Assembly: GCA_045604525.1 (NCBI GenBank)
Contig: JAZUOH010000005.1
Span: forward strand, 53,648-117,647
Direction: 5' to 3'
Length of the DNA: 64,000 nt
DNA from: Acutalibacteraceae bacterium
GTDB lineage: Bacteria; Bacillota; Clostridia; Oscillospirales; Acutalibacteraceae
Of the stretch, positions 1-8,947 are shown piece by piece. The number at the start of each line of letters is the position of its first letter. Positions within the stretch are counted from its first letter, which is position 1. The notes under the pieces were generated by a model. That model saw only the letters and a program-made list of their open reading frames with translations. It was not told where the DNA came from and made no database searches. A program made the translations under genes and the position numbers.

Positions 1-256
1 ATTCATAATTTTCACCTGCGGCGGCATCACCAAGGTTGTTAAGCGTTTCGGGCATCTGTCCGCCGTTGATGAGCTTGAACCATATCTCTGCGTGCTCTTT
101 TTCATTCTTTGCTGTTTCTTCAAAAATTGCCGCAATCTGTTCAAATCCGTTTTCCTTTGCCTTTGCCGCATAGTAAAGGTACTTTGTGTGTGCCTGGCTT
201 TCGCCTGCAAAAGCGGCAAAAAGGTTGTTCATTGTTTTTGAGTCCTTGAGTTCCAT
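1..256 (-). CDS. rbr: Rubrerythrin, N-terminal part (3' end runs off the window edge)
   Basis: Reverse-strand translation from the ATG at 256-254 gives MELKDSKTMNNLFAAFAGESQAHTKYLYYAAKAKENGFEQIAAIFEETAKNEKEHAEIWFKL...AAAGENYE. This is the diiron four-helix-bundle signature of rubrerythrins (E..H and GE.YE motifs). An RBS-like GGAAGAAG lies upstream. Confidence 0.85.
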   Translation of the reverse strand, partial: MELKDSKTMNNLFAAFAGESQAHTKYLYYAAKAKENGFEQIAAIFEETAKNEKEHAEIWFKLINGGQMPETLNNLGDAAAGENYE

Positions 257-445
257 TTTTTCTTCTTCCTTTCTGTTGTTTTGTGGTTATTATTGGCTTT
301 TTGCTATATATATATTCATATGCATTTTATTGAAGGCGCAGTGGGCTTTATATTTCGCTCGATCAATGTAAACATATAATAAGCGGCTATAATTTGACTT
401 GAAAAACATTAAGTTAAATGTTATAGTTAGTGTAATATAAACAAA

Positions 446-465
446 CCTCCCTCTGATGAGGGAGG
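446..465. repeat. Hairpin CCTCCCTC-TGAT-GAGGGAGG, the upstream copy of an inverted pair flanking the DUF559 gene
   Basis: Read directly: 8-bp stem with a 4-nt loop, immediately followed by a second hairpin CAAAACC-GCA-GGTTTTG (469-485). The inner 18 nt are the exact reverse complement of 874-893. Confidence 0.8.
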
Positions 466-501
466 TGGCAAAACCGCAGGTTTTGACGGAGGGAGAGAAA
501 A

Positions 502-912
502 TTGAAAGCTTATAACAAAGCCAATATTCCTCTTGCTAAAAACTTAAGAAAAAATATGACTCCTTGGGAAAGAAAGCTGTGGTATCAATTTCTACGTAGT
601 TATCCGGTAAGATTCCAACGTCAAAAGGCAATAGGCAATTATATAGTTGATTTTTACTGTGCAAAGGCAAGACTTGTTGTTGAACTTGACGGTGGAGGTC
701 ATTATACCATAGAGCAAAATGAAAAAGATAAGGCTCGTACAGTCGAGTTGGAAAGTATGAATCTTAAGGTTTTAAGAATAAGTAATTTGGATATTGACCG
801 TAATTTTAACGGTGTATGTGAATATATAGATTTGTGCGTTAAGAAATCTCTCCCTCAGTCAGCTTCGCTGACAGCTCCCTCATCAGAGGGAGCTTGCGGG
901 AAAATTCATTAA
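502..912 (+). CDS. DUF559 (Vsr/endonuclease-like fold) domain protein
   Basis: TTG start preceded by GGAGGGAG. The sequence AKNLRKNMTPWERKLWYQFLR...FQRQKAIGNYIVDFYC...LVVELDGGGH matches my memory of the DUF559 family N-terminal and core motifs. The last ~22 residues are encoded by palindromic DNA. Confidence 0.8.
   Translation: MKAYNKANIPLAKNLRKNMTPWERKLWYQFLRSYPVRFQRQKAIGNYIVDFYCAKARLVVELDGGGHYTIEQNEKDKARTVELESMNLKVLRISNLDIDRNFNGVCEYIDLCVKKSLPQSASLTAPSSEGACGKIH
873..894. repeat. Hairpin AGCTCCCTC-ATCA-GAGGGAGCT, the downstream inverted copy, inside the 3' end of the DUF559 ORF
   Basis: Read directly. It is preceded by a second small hairpin GTCAGC-TTC-GCTGAC (858-872). It is the mirror image of the 446-485 arrangement. 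Confidence 0.8.
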
Positions 913-925
913 AGGAGAAATAAAA

Positions 926-1612
926 ATGGGAAAGATTGTGGCAATTGGCGGAGGAAGCTTTGAATACGGCGAAATATGGACGATGATTGAATATATACGC
1001 TCACTTACAGATAAAGAGCATCCGAAGATGCTCTTTTTGCCCACTGCAAGCTTTGATTCTCACGACGATACGCAGACGTTTATTGATGCTTTTGCAAAGT
1101 ACGGCTGTACGGGTGAAGGGCTTTATCTTACCGATGAAAGCCTTACTTATGATGAAATAAGAGAGAAGATTCTTTCAAGCGATATTGTTTATGTCGACGG
1201 CGGCAACCTCAAATTCCTTATGGATACCTGGAATAAAACAGGTGCAACTCAAATTTTCCGTGAGGCTTATGAGAAGGGGATTATCCTTTCGGGCTTAAGC
1301 TCAGGTGCTATGTGCTGGTTTGATATGGGCTGGGATGATTGCCTCGAGGGCGGTGAGTTTGCCTTTATCGAGTGTGTAGGTTTGTTGCCTTATTGTAATT
1401 GCCCTCATTTCGAGTCTGAGTATTGGCACCGCTTTAAGGATGAAATCAAGGCACTTAACGGCCCTGACGGTATGGGTATTGACAACGACGTATGTGTCAG
1501 CTTTGTTGATGGCAAAATCAAGGTTGTAAAACACGAAAAGGAAAAATCCGCCTTCCTCTACCGCAAAGCAAATAACTTCGAAGAAGAGGATATGGCAGAG
1601 TTATATAAGTGA
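926..1612 (+). CDS. Peptidase S51 / dipeptidase E-like (type 1 glutamine amidotransferase-like) protein
   Basis: KIVAIGGGSF...MLFLPTAS...VYVDGGNLKFLM...ILSGLSSGAMCW resembles the PepE/cyanophycinase-family nucleophile-elbow region (S-S-G-A). An RBS AAAGGAGA lies upstream. Confidence 0.7.
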   Translation: MGKIVAIGGGSFEYGEIWTMIEYIRSLTDKEHPKMLFLPTASFDSHDDTQTFIDAFAKYGCTGEGLYLTDESLTYDEIREKILSSDIVYVDGGNLKFLMDTWNKTGATQIFREAYEKGIILSGLSSGAMCWFDMGWDDCLEGGEFAFIECVGLLPYCNCPHFESEYWHRFKDEIKALNGPDGMGIDNDVCVSFVDGKIKVVKHEKEKSAFLYRKANNFEEEDMAELYK

Positions 1613-1631
1613 TAATTTTTTTAATTTTTGC

Positions 1632-1662
1632 TTGACATTTACCTTAGGTAAATCGGTATAAT
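1632..1662 (+). promoter_or_regulatory. MerR-type promoter: TTGACA, 19-bp spacer, TATAAT, with a perfect 7-1-7 dyad in the spacer
   Basis: TTGACA is at 1632-1637 and TATAAT at 1657-1662. The spacer is exactly 19 bp (1638-1656) and contains TTTACCT-T-AGGTAAA (1638-1652). An over-long spacer with a central dyad is the established hallmark of MerR-family-controlled promoters. Confidence 0.6.
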
Positions 1663-1688
1663 CGGCACGAAAGGGGGCTTAGAGCCTT

Positions 1689-2903
1689 ATGAAAATGAAA
1701 GAAGTTCTGGCTCAGACGGGGCTTACGGACCGTGCCGTGCGATTGTATATCGATAACGGGTTGATAGCACCCGATATCGAGGAAAACTACAGCGGAAGAA
1801 AAAACATAGAATTCTCGCAGTCGGATATTGACCGGCTTAAGAATATTGCTCTGCTTCGTAAAATCGGTTTTTCAATATCGGATATAAAAGAGATATCTCA
1901 GGGTAGTGAAAATACAAAGACAATAATAGAAGCATTCATACAGCAAAAGCAAGAGAATATCGAAAGTGATACGCTTGTTTTGGAGCAGCTTAAAAATATT
2001 CCTTTAGACACGAAAATCACAATGGAAAGCCTTTGTTTACAGTTATCTTCAGCCGCAGAAAACAAACAGGTGCCCAAGGAAGATTTGCAGCTTCCGAAAG
2101 CAGAAAAACGCCGCAGGGAGGATTATATAGCGATTGCTATAATCGGAATTATTGCACCTCTTATAATTATGACAACTCTTATTTTGCTGCGGTGTGTGGG
2201 GCATAAAAACCTTGTCTTTGATTTTGAAACAATTATGATGTATATACATCTTTTCAGCGGATGGTTTATCATAATTGTTTTGTCACTTGTGATGCTGCTT
2301 ATAAACAGACCGAAATTTGTATCTGAAAAGAAGCAGAGAATAAGAAAACATTTGTCAAGAATACTGTTTAGTATCAATACTTTTGCCGTTTTTGCAGCTA
2401 TGGGAGGTTCGTCTTTAGCTTTAATGCTTGCTATGCATACTCAGGAATATACTACTGACCCTAATGATTATATGTCGCTCGGCAGTTATTACGGGTCGGT
2501 TGAGAAAGAAGAAATTCTGAAAGTTTTTCCGTCTGAAATACCTGAATCACAAGTTATGTATAACGGATTATTTAAAGATAAATACAAACCGTCAACCGTA
2601 TATTATTATCATAATATGGAATCGCTGGATGATGTTTCGGATATATTTGCTCAATGGCAGCTGCCTCGCAAGGAGTTTTATGAAGAGGTTGAATTAAAGC
2701 AAAGCAATGCTGTTGAAACCGTGCAAAAGGGTGATTGGGTAATGTGCTATTACAGCGGTAATGAAAAAAGTGAAAAAGAAGAAAGTTATTACGATATTCT
2801 TGCCTTTGCATATAACGAGGATATACTTACTGTCAGATATATTTGTTCGGGTAACATCGGTTATCAGGAATGTAAGCCCTATTATCTCAGTCTGGATTGG
2901 TAG
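1689..2903 (+). CDS. Membrane-tethered MerR-family transcriptional regulator (N-terminal HTH, about 3 TM helices, C-terminal ~155-aa domain of unknown function)
   Basis: The N-terminus MKEVLAQTGLTDRAVRLYIDNGLI...FSQSDIDRLKNIALLRKIGFSISDIKEI is a typical MerR winged HTH. It is followed by a coiled-coil-like stretch, then hydrophobic segments IAIAIIGIIAPLIIMTTLILL, LFSGWFIIIVLSLVMLLI and ILFSINTFAVFAAMGGSSLALMLAM. Confidence 0.75.
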   Translation: MKMKEVLAQTGLTDRAVRLYIDNGLIAPDIEENYSGRKNIEFSQSDIDRLKNIALLRKIGFSISDIKEISQGSENTKTIIEAFIQQKQENIESDTLVLEQLKNIPLDTKITMESLCLQLSSAAENKQVPKEDLQLPKAEKRRREDYIAIAIIGIIAPLIIMTTLILLRCVGHKNLVFDFETIMMYIHLFSGWFIIIVLSLVMLLINRPKFVSEKKQRIRKHLSRILFSINTFAVFAAMGGSSLALMLAMHTQEYTTDPNDYMSLGSYYGSVEKEEILKVFPSEIPESQVMYNGLFKDKYKPSTVYYYHNMESLDDVSDIFAQWQLPRKEFYEEVELKQSNAVETVQKGDWVMCYYSGNEKSEKEESYYDILAFAYNEDILTVRYICSGNIGYQECKPYYLSLDW

Positions 2904-2937
2904 ATTTTTTTGACAAATAATTTGAAAGGATTTAAAA

Positions 2938-3765
2938 ATGAAAACACATAAGTGTCTGATACTTTTATCGATTTTGTCTGCCGTCGTGTCGGTAGTTTTA
3001 TATGGTGTAACATTCTTTCAGAGTGTAAGTATGCTCGAATTTCAATATGCACAAATTTTGTTGTTTTTAGCTGAAATGTTTTTAGTTTTAACAATATTGT
3101 TTTCAATCTTCCTTGCAATTTCATTTAAGAATGTTTTATCGTTGCCAAAGTTCAAAAAAATAATTATTGGCTTAGTTTTAGCTTGTGTTGCAGTGTGTAT
3201 ATTAGTGACGGGATACGGCTTGCTGTCTTGCTATAATTTATACACTCCCGAAAACATAATGGAAAATGACAAGGATTATGTTCAAAAATTTATGCCTTAT
3301 CATAATATCCTTGACGATTACAAAGAAAGTACTGATTTGTCAGTATCGCATATTCCCGGAACAGATTATGTTTATATTAATTGCTATGGAACATCAGAGC
3401 TTGGTATACCGCTTAATTATGAAGTTGAATATTTCAAAAGCGTAAGTCCGTTTATGAATATGAAGTTTCGCTTTGAAAGAATGGTTCTTTCGCCTTTAAA
3501 CAGATACGACCTTGACGTTGTGGCTGTTGGAGAGGATATGGAAATAGACGGAACAAAACTTACAGTTTATGTTGAAAACAATGACTATGCTGTATTGATA
3601 AAATCTTTCGGAAAGACCATTTATGCTTCGCTTATAAACGTTCCCGATGAAGTTACCATAGAGGACTTTGCCAAAGAGGTTATAAGGCAATTTGAATTGA
3701 TTGACGATGCAACACAGAAAAAAGTTTTTCTTGATGTACCTCTTTTTTATGGTGAAAGTGTATGA
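2938..3765 (+). CDS. Hypothetical integral membrane protein (about 4 N-terminal TM helices plus a ~170-aa soluble domain)
   Basis: Long ORF with an RBS (AAAGGA) upstream and four hydrophobic stretches in the first ~100 residues. No family recognised. Its stop overlaps the start of the next ORF. Confidence 0.55.
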   Translation: MKTHKCLILLSILSAVVSVVLYGVTFFQSVSMLEFQYAQILLFLAEMFLVLTILFSIFLAISFKNVLSLPKFKKIIIGLVLACVAVCILVTGYGLLSCYNLYTPENIMENDKDYVQKFMPYHNILDDYKESTDLSVSHIPGTDYVYINCYGTSELGIPLNYEVEYFKSVSPFMNMKFRFERMVLSPLNRYDLDVVAVGEDMEIDGTKLTVYVENNDYAVLIKSFGKTIYASLINVPDEVTIEDFAKEVIRQFELIDDATQKKVFLDVPLFYGESV

Positions 3766-4238
3766 GACGGGCAATTAAAATAATAATAATTGTTCTTGCA
3801 ACGGTTATTCCTGCTACTGTAGGTTGGTTGGGATGCAATATCGTGATTAACGGTATTGAACTGCAAAAGCCGTATGTATCAACAAGCGTTGAAGAACTCA
3901 GGGATTGTTCTCGGTTTTTTGAAGATGTTGAAATGGAAAGTTGTAATTTTGTATGGAAAGGAACCTTCTCTTTTAAGGGTGATGTTCTTGAAGCTCAGGT
4001 TTGCGGCAGGGTAGACCTTACGGACGAATATTTTAAAAAAATAACCGAAGAGTATGAATGGATAAAATCTAAGAATCCCGATAAGGATTATTCCGATATC
4101 GAAGACGTACAAATTCTTACTTCTTTTCTGCAAAATAATGAATACTATATTTCCGATGATTACAGTGACGATGATTTTATGTGGGTGTATTTGTCACCGG
4201 AAGAAAAAGCTCTGTATTTTTATAATGTGATTGATTAG
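3762..4238 (+). CDS. Hypothetical single-pass membrane-anchored protein
   Basis: The ATGA start/stop overlap with the upstream ORF implies translational coupling. N-terminal TM IIIIVLATVIPATVGWLGCNIV, then an acidic ~125-aa domain. No family recognised. Confidence 0.5.
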   Translation: MRRAIKIIIIVLATVIPATVGWLGCNIVINGIELQKPYVSTSVEELRDCSRFFEDVEMESCNFVWKGTFSFKGDVLEAQVCGRVDLTDEYFKKITEEYEWIKSKNPDKDYSDIEDVQILTSFLQNNEYYISDDYSDDDFMWVYLSPEEKALYFYNVID

Positions 4239-4247
4239 ATAAAACAA

Positions 4248-4284
4248 AGAGGTAATGCAATTCGTTTGGAACTGCATTACCTCT
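4248..4284. terminator. Bidirectional intrinsic terminator between convergent genes
   Basis: 12-bp perfect stem AGAGGTAATGCA ... TGCATTACCTCT, lying between the stops of 3762-4238 (+) and 4321-5418 (-). Confidence 0.55.
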
Positions 4285-4320
4285 TAAGTTCTTTGTATGA
4301 TTAAATTTCAAATATCAAAC

Positions 4321-5418
4321 TTAATTTATCTGCGGGGGCATACACTCGAGCACTTCAAGTGTTTCGTTTGCCTCTATTATGTAGTCAACTGTTTTTGCAG
4401 GCTCAAACAGGCAGTCGCCTGCTTTTACTTCGAGCACCTTGCCGTCTGCCTTGAATACGCCGCTGCCTTTTGTTATCGCGATACAGCAGGCTCTGCCGCT
4501 GTTTTTTCGCTCATAGGCTTTCTCAACGGTGATTCTGTTAAGTGCAAAGCAGGTTGTGTCGCGGTAGGTGATAAGGCTCTCTTTTTTGAATCCGTCACCT
4601 TCCTCAAGCACTGTTGATGTAAGCGCATATCTGTTAAGAAGCTCTTCCTTTGTCACATTTTCGTATGTGAAGCACTCAAACATTTTGTCAAATCCGAGAC
4701 CCATATGGCAAAGATGGTCGGGCATAAGGTTGCCGCGCATATCGCACTTTTCAACGCTGATTGTGTAGTCAGTCGGCTCCTGAACTTCGAGAAGCATACA
4801 TCCGGAGCCGATTGCGTGTGGAGTGCCGCCTGTGATGAGGAATACGTCGCCGGGCTTTACAACAATCTTGTGCATATATTCCTGCATAGTTGCCATATCC
4901 TGCTTGTCAAAAAGCTCTTTCCATTTTTCACTTGTTACGGGCTTTTTGAAGCCGAGCAGAATGTAAGGCTCTTCGCCGTCAATTACACGGCTGTCAAGAA
5001 TATACCACGATTCTGTCTTACCGTAGTCGGAGTTAAAAAGTCTCTTAGCCGCATCCTTGGTGGGGTGTACCTGAATCGGCAGACGCTCTGCAGAATCAAG
5101 GAATTTTGTAAGCACACCGAAATTAACGCCGAATTCTTCTATGTGATTTTCACCGAGATATGTTTCGGGGTCGGAATCAATAAGCTCCTTGAGATAAAGC
5201 TCACTGCCGTCCTCAGTTTCAATTTTGCTCAGTCCCTCTTTTTCGGGTTTGTCAGCACGGTCGGGGTTATCTGCCACAACTACGCTTGCCAGCCAGTCTT
5301 CGGGGAAGTTGCCGTCCTCACCGTCGCCGTAGGCGTAGCCTCTCGTTTTGTCAATCAGCTTGCCGCCGTAGTAAAGCCGCCATACGCGGTTTTCTTTCAT
5401 TTTAAGGGGAAATATCAT
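4321..5418 (-). CDS. Class I mannose-6-phosphate-isomerase-like cupin (sugar aldose-ketose isomerase)
   Basis: LPIQVHPTKD...GKTESWYILD and GGTPHAIGSGCMLLEVQEPTD match the two metal-binding motifs of type I PMI as I remember them (QVHP...E.W, and H in the .HA.G loop). Confidence 0.7.
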   Translation of the reverse strand: MIFPLKMKENRVWRLYYGGKLIDKTRGYAYGDGEDGNFPEDWLASVVVADNPDRADKPEKEGLSKIETEDGSELYLKELIDSDPETYLGENHIEEFGVNFGVLTKFLDSAERLPIQVHPTKDAAKRLFNSDYGKTESWYILDSRVIDGEEPYILLGFKKPVTSEKWKELFDKQDMATMQEYMHKIVVKPGDVFLITGGTPHAIGSGCMLLEVQEPTDYTISVEKCDMRGNLMPDHLCHMGLGFDKMFECFTYENVTKEELLNRYALTSTVLEEGDGFKKESLITYRDTTCFALNRITVEKAYERKNSGRACCIAITKGSGVFKADGKVLEVKAGDCLFEPAKTVDYIIEANETLEVLECMPPQIN

Positions 5419-6101
5419 TTGATTAAACCTCCCGGCAATTTGAGCGTGTATTTTTGTGCTTTTATCATCTGAACAAGCTGTTTTTCGTCTGTCGGTCTTT
5501 CTTCAAAGTAAACACCGCCCGGTGTTGAGCGGAAGGGCTCGTGATTGTCTGTGCCCGAAAGCATCATTCTACCGTGTACCCTTGCCCATTCATAAGCCAC
5601 GCTGTTGCGTGAGTTGTGGCATGCGTTGCCGTTGTAAACCTCAATTCCGTCAAGCAGGTAGGGATTTACAACCGTCATACCGTTGCGGAAAGGGTGAGCG
5701 TGGAATATGAGGATATCTTCTTCACATTCGTTAATTACTTTTCTGAAATGCTCAAGGCTGGTTTCCGTGATTTCGGGGTGGTCAAGGTAAAACTGCTTGT
5801 CTGCACCGAATACAAGGTAGTCGTTATCGTGGTCCTTGAATCTCAGCTCAACGCCCTTGAGTACGGTGAAATCGTCTGTTTCGCATTCTTTAGCAATTTC
5901 ATATCCGAGCCATTGTCCGTTAACTCTGCCTTCCCAGTCAAGCTGACCGTAGCGTCTGTCATCACCGAACGGTTTGAAGTGGTCGGTTATGATTATTCCG
6001 TCATAGCCGTTAAGTCTGTAGTATTCAACCATTTCCTTTGCGGGTATTTCGCCGCAGGTGCTCGATTCTTCTGTGTGAACGTGTGTGTCAAAAAGAAACA
6101 T
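5415..6101 (-). CDS. PHP-domain metal-dependent phosphoesterase
   Basis: MFLFDTHVHTEES...YDGIIITDHF...HAHPFR...GTDNH is the PHP (polymerase and histidinol phosphatase) His/Asp motif series. There is a 4-nt overlap with the downstream PMI-like gene. Confidence 0.75.
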   Translation of the reverse strand: MFLFDTHVHTEESSTCGEIPAKEMVEYYRLNGYDGIIITDHFKPFGDDRRYGQLDWEGRVNGQWLGYEIAKECETDDFTVLKGVELRFKDHDNDYLVFGADKQFYLDHPEITETSLEHFRKVINECEEDILIFHAHPFRNGMTVVNPYLLDGIEVYNGNACHNSRNSVAYEWARVHGRMMLSGTDNHEPFRSTPGGVYFEERPTDEKQLVQMIKAQKYTLKLPGGLIK

Positions 6102-6161
6102 AAATATCTACCTTTCGTAAAAGGAATAAACACTGAAAATAAAACTTCGAGAAATCCGATT

Positions 6162-7055
6162 TTAAAGTCCTGTCTTCTCAGTAATATACTTTCTTGCAAG
6201 GCAGGCATATTCGTAGGGGTTGGCCTTTGCAGGGTCCTGCTCGGCTTCAACTACAACCCAGCCTTCGTAATCAGCTTCGGCAAGAATATCAAATACGGGT
6301 GTGAAATCAAAATCACCGTCGCCGGGCACTGTGAATGAGCCTGCACGTACTGCGTCAAGGAAGCTGTATCCCTTTTCCTTTGCGTCATCAATAACGCTCT
6401 GACGGATGCTCTTGAGGTGAACGTGCTTTACTCTGTTTACGTACTTTTTAAGCACGCCGATTGCGTCCTCACCCGAGAATGAGAGGTGACCTGTATCGTA
6501 AAGAAGATATACAAGGTCGGGGTCTGTGATTTCCATAAGCTTGTCGATTTCAGCTTCTGTCTGCACACCTGTGCCCATGTGGTGATGTACCGTGAAATAC
6601 ATTCCCTTTTCTTTTGCAAGTCTGCCCATCTCGTTGAAGCCCTTTGCAATAAGCTCCCACTGCTCGTCGGTGTAAACCGGCTTTTCGCCGAAAATGCTCA
6701 CGCTCTTGCCCTGGATGCTGTTGCCCTGCTCGGATGCACCTATTACCTTTGCGCCGAGTGCGTGCAGGAAATCTCTGTGCTTGATAAAGGCTTCGATTGT
6801 TGCCTCATACCCCTCGGAGAGAAGGAGAGAGGAGAACCAGGCGTTACAGATGCGAAGACCTCTTACATCAAGCTTGTGCTTGAGTGTTTCAACGTCTTTG
6901 GGGTATTTGTTGCCTATCTCACTGCCCTTGAAGCCGCTGAGTGCCATTTCGCTGATGCACTGCTCAAATGTGTTTTCAGCGCCGAGGTCGGGCAGGTCGT
7001 CGTTTGTCCATGCAATAGGTGCTATTGCGAGTGATACTTTATCTTTGTTAAGCAT
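6162..7055 (-). CDS. iolE: Myo-inosose-2 dehydratase
   Basis: It aligns along its whole length with the remembered B. subtilis IolE ([15 protein letters not shown]..., [48 protein letters not shown]). Confidence 0.85.
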   Translation of the reverse strand: MLNKDKVSLAIAPIAWTNDDLPDLGAENTFEQCISEMALSGFKGSEIGNKYPKDVETLKHKLDVRGLRICNAWFSSLLLSEGYEATIEAFIKHRDFLHALGAKVIGASEQGNSIQGKSVSIFGEKPVYTDEQWELIAKGFNEMGRLAKEKGMYFTVHHHMGTGVQTEAEIDKLMEITDPDLVYLLYDTGHLSFSGEDAIGVLKKYVNRVKHVHLKSIRQSVIDDAKEKGYSFLDAVRAGSFTVPGDGDFDFTPVFDILAEADYEGWVVVEAEQDPAKANPYEYACLARKYITEKTGL

Positions 7056-7071
7056 TTTGCGTTATCCCTTC

Positions 7072-8925
7072 TTAATATTCTCTGGCTTTTGCTATATTTT
7101 CTGCCATATCTTCGTAAGCGGCCTGTACCTTTTCGCTTGTCGAAACCTCGGCAACGCCTACGCGCCACCAGCTGTCGTAGCCGTGGCTCATACTGCCGTG
7201 TGCAACCTTGATGTCGATAAGTGTTGATACGTCTTGCTTTTTGGAATCTTCAATAGCGTAAATAAGCTCGTCAACGTTTGTTGCCGTGTATGTCTTACAG
7301 CCGTAGCCTGCGGCACATTTTGCAAAGTCAATCGGTACTATCGCACCGTCAAGCAAGCCCGTAAGGGGATTGCGTGCCTGGAAACGTGTGCCGAAGGTGT
7401 CTGTGCCCTGGGAATTCTGCAAGTTTTCGATACAGCCCCAGCCGGTATTATCAAACAGCATTACGTTGATTTTGACACCTTCCTGAACAGCTGTGTAAAG
7501 CTCGCTGTGAAGCATAAGGAAGCTGCCGTCACCAACCATTGCATAAACTTCCTTGTCGGGTGCGGCAAGCTTTGCACCGAGTGCACCGCATATTTCATAA
7601 CCCATGCAAGAGAAGCCGTATTCCATGTGGTATGTTTTGGGCTCGGTGCATCTCCAAAGCCTCTGCATACAGCCGGGCAGACTGCCCGACGAGCCGAGTG
7701 CGATTGCATCGGGTGCAATGCGCTTGTTGATTTCACCGAGTGCTCTTGTCTGCGAAAGGCCGTTTTTCAGCTCTGCATTGTAGCAGGCATCCATTTCTTC
7801 AACATAAGCCTTTTTAGCTTCGTTGAATTCTTCGCCCCAGCCGCTTCTGTAATACTTCTGTGAAAGTGCGGCAGAAAGGTCGAGCAGAGCCATTTTAGCA
7901 TCTGCTATAACCGAAACAGCATCCATCTTGAATGCGTCAAATGAGCTGACGTTGATGCTGAGTATCTTTGCATCGGGGTTCTGGAAGCCCCATTTTGAGC
8001 AGGTTGTAAAGTCCGTAAGCCTTGTGCCTACCGCAATAATAAGGTCTGCCTGCTTTGCAATGACGTTTGCGGCTTCGCCGCCCGTTACGCCTATACCGCC
8101 GAGGTTGAGCGGACAATCCCACGGAATCTGACCCTTACCTGCCTGCGTTTCGCCAATCGGAATGTTGAAACGCTCTGCAAAGTACTGTGCGGCCTGCCAT
8201 GCACCTGAATAGGTGACACCGCCGCCTACAATCATAAGCGGTTTCTTTGCGTTGTCGATAAGCTCTGCCGCAGCATCAATTTCTCTGCGCGTTGCAGGTC
8301 TGCGGTCAAGGTACCATACTCTCTTTTGGAAGAAGTATTCGGGGTAATCGTATGCCTCGCCCTCAACATCCTGCGGCATAGCAAGACATACTGCGCCCGT
8401 TTCTGCCCAGTCTGTGAGCACACGCATTGCGTTGAGGCAGGCTGTCATAAGCTGCTCCGGGCGCTCGATTCTGTCCCAATATTTGCAAACAGCCTTGAAT
8501 GCGTCGTTTGCCGTTGTGGCATAGCTTGTGGGCTGTTCGATCTGCTGAAGAACGGGGTCGGGCTGACGGCAGGCAAACGTATCACCCGGTAAAACAAGAA
8601 GGGGAATGCGGTTTGCCGTTGCAGTGCCGCAGGCTGTTACCATATTAAGTGCACCGGGGCCTATTGACGATGTGCAGGCAATAATCTGTCTGCGGTCGCT
8701 CTGCTTTGCAAAAGCAATTGCGGCGTGAGCCATGCCCTGCTCGTTGTGACCCTGGTAGTATGTAAGGTCGTGGCCGCCCTGCTCGAGTGCCTGGCCGATA
8801 CCTACAACACAGCCGTGGCCGAATATACCGAAAATGCCCTTGACAAACTTTGTTTCCTCACCGTCAAAGCTGACGTACTGATTATCGAGGAATTTGACAA
8901 GAGCCTGTGCCATTGTCAGTTTCAT
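7072..8925 (-). CDS. iolD: 3D-(3,5/4)-trihydroxycyclohexane-1,2-dione acylhydrolase (decyclizing), ThDP-dependent
   Basis: [18 protein letters not shown]...GIFGIFGHG, about 617 aa, with the ThDP motif GDGSF...N. It lies between iolG and iolE. Confidence 0.9.
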   Translation of the reverse strand: MKLTMAQALVKFLDNQYVSFDGEETKFVKGIFGIFGHGCVVGIGQALEQGGHDLTYYQGHNEQGMAHAAIAFAKQSDRRQIIACTSSIGPGALNMVTACGTATANRIPLLVLPGDTFACRQPDPVLQQIEQPTSYATTANDAFKAVCKYWDRIERPEQLMTACLNAMRVLTDWAETGAVCLAMPQDVEGEAYDYPEYFFQKRVWYLDRRPATRREIDAAAELIDNAKKPLMIVGGGVTYSGAWQAAQYFAERFNIPIGETQAGKGQIPWDCPLNLGGIGVTGGEAANVIAKQADLIIAVGTRLTDFTTCSKWGFQNPDAKILSINVSSFDAFKMDAVSVIADAKMALLDLSAALSQKYYRSGWGEEFNEAKKAYVEEMDACYNAELKNGLSQTRALGEINKRIAPDAIALGSSGSLPGCMQRLWRCTEPKTYHMEYGFSCMGYEICGALGAKLAAPDKEVYAMVGDGSFLMLHSELYTAVQEGVKINVMLFDNTGWGCIENLQNSQGTDTFGTRFQARNPLTGLLDGAIVPIDFAKCAAGYGCKTYTATNVDELIYAIEDSKKQDVSTLIDIKVAHGSMSHGYDSWWRVGVAEVSTSEKVQAAYEDMAENIAKAREY

Positions 8926-8947
8926 TATAAAATCAATCCTTTATCAA

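Noticed and set aside
407-424. AACATT-N6-AATGTT inverted repeat upstream of rubrerythrin as a PerR/Fur-type box
   Set aside because: Only 6-bp arms are present, and there is no resemblance to the 7-1-7 TTATAAT-N-ATTATAA type consensus I recall. It cannot be supported.
4705-6338. Long plus-strand ORFs (4705-5472, 255 aa; 5616-6338, 240 aa) opposite the PMI-like, PHP and iolE genes
   Set aside because: They lie antisense to ORFs with clear family motifs. Their translations are low-complexity and Cys/Phe/Val-rich with no recognisable motifs or RBS. This is typical of shadow ORFs.
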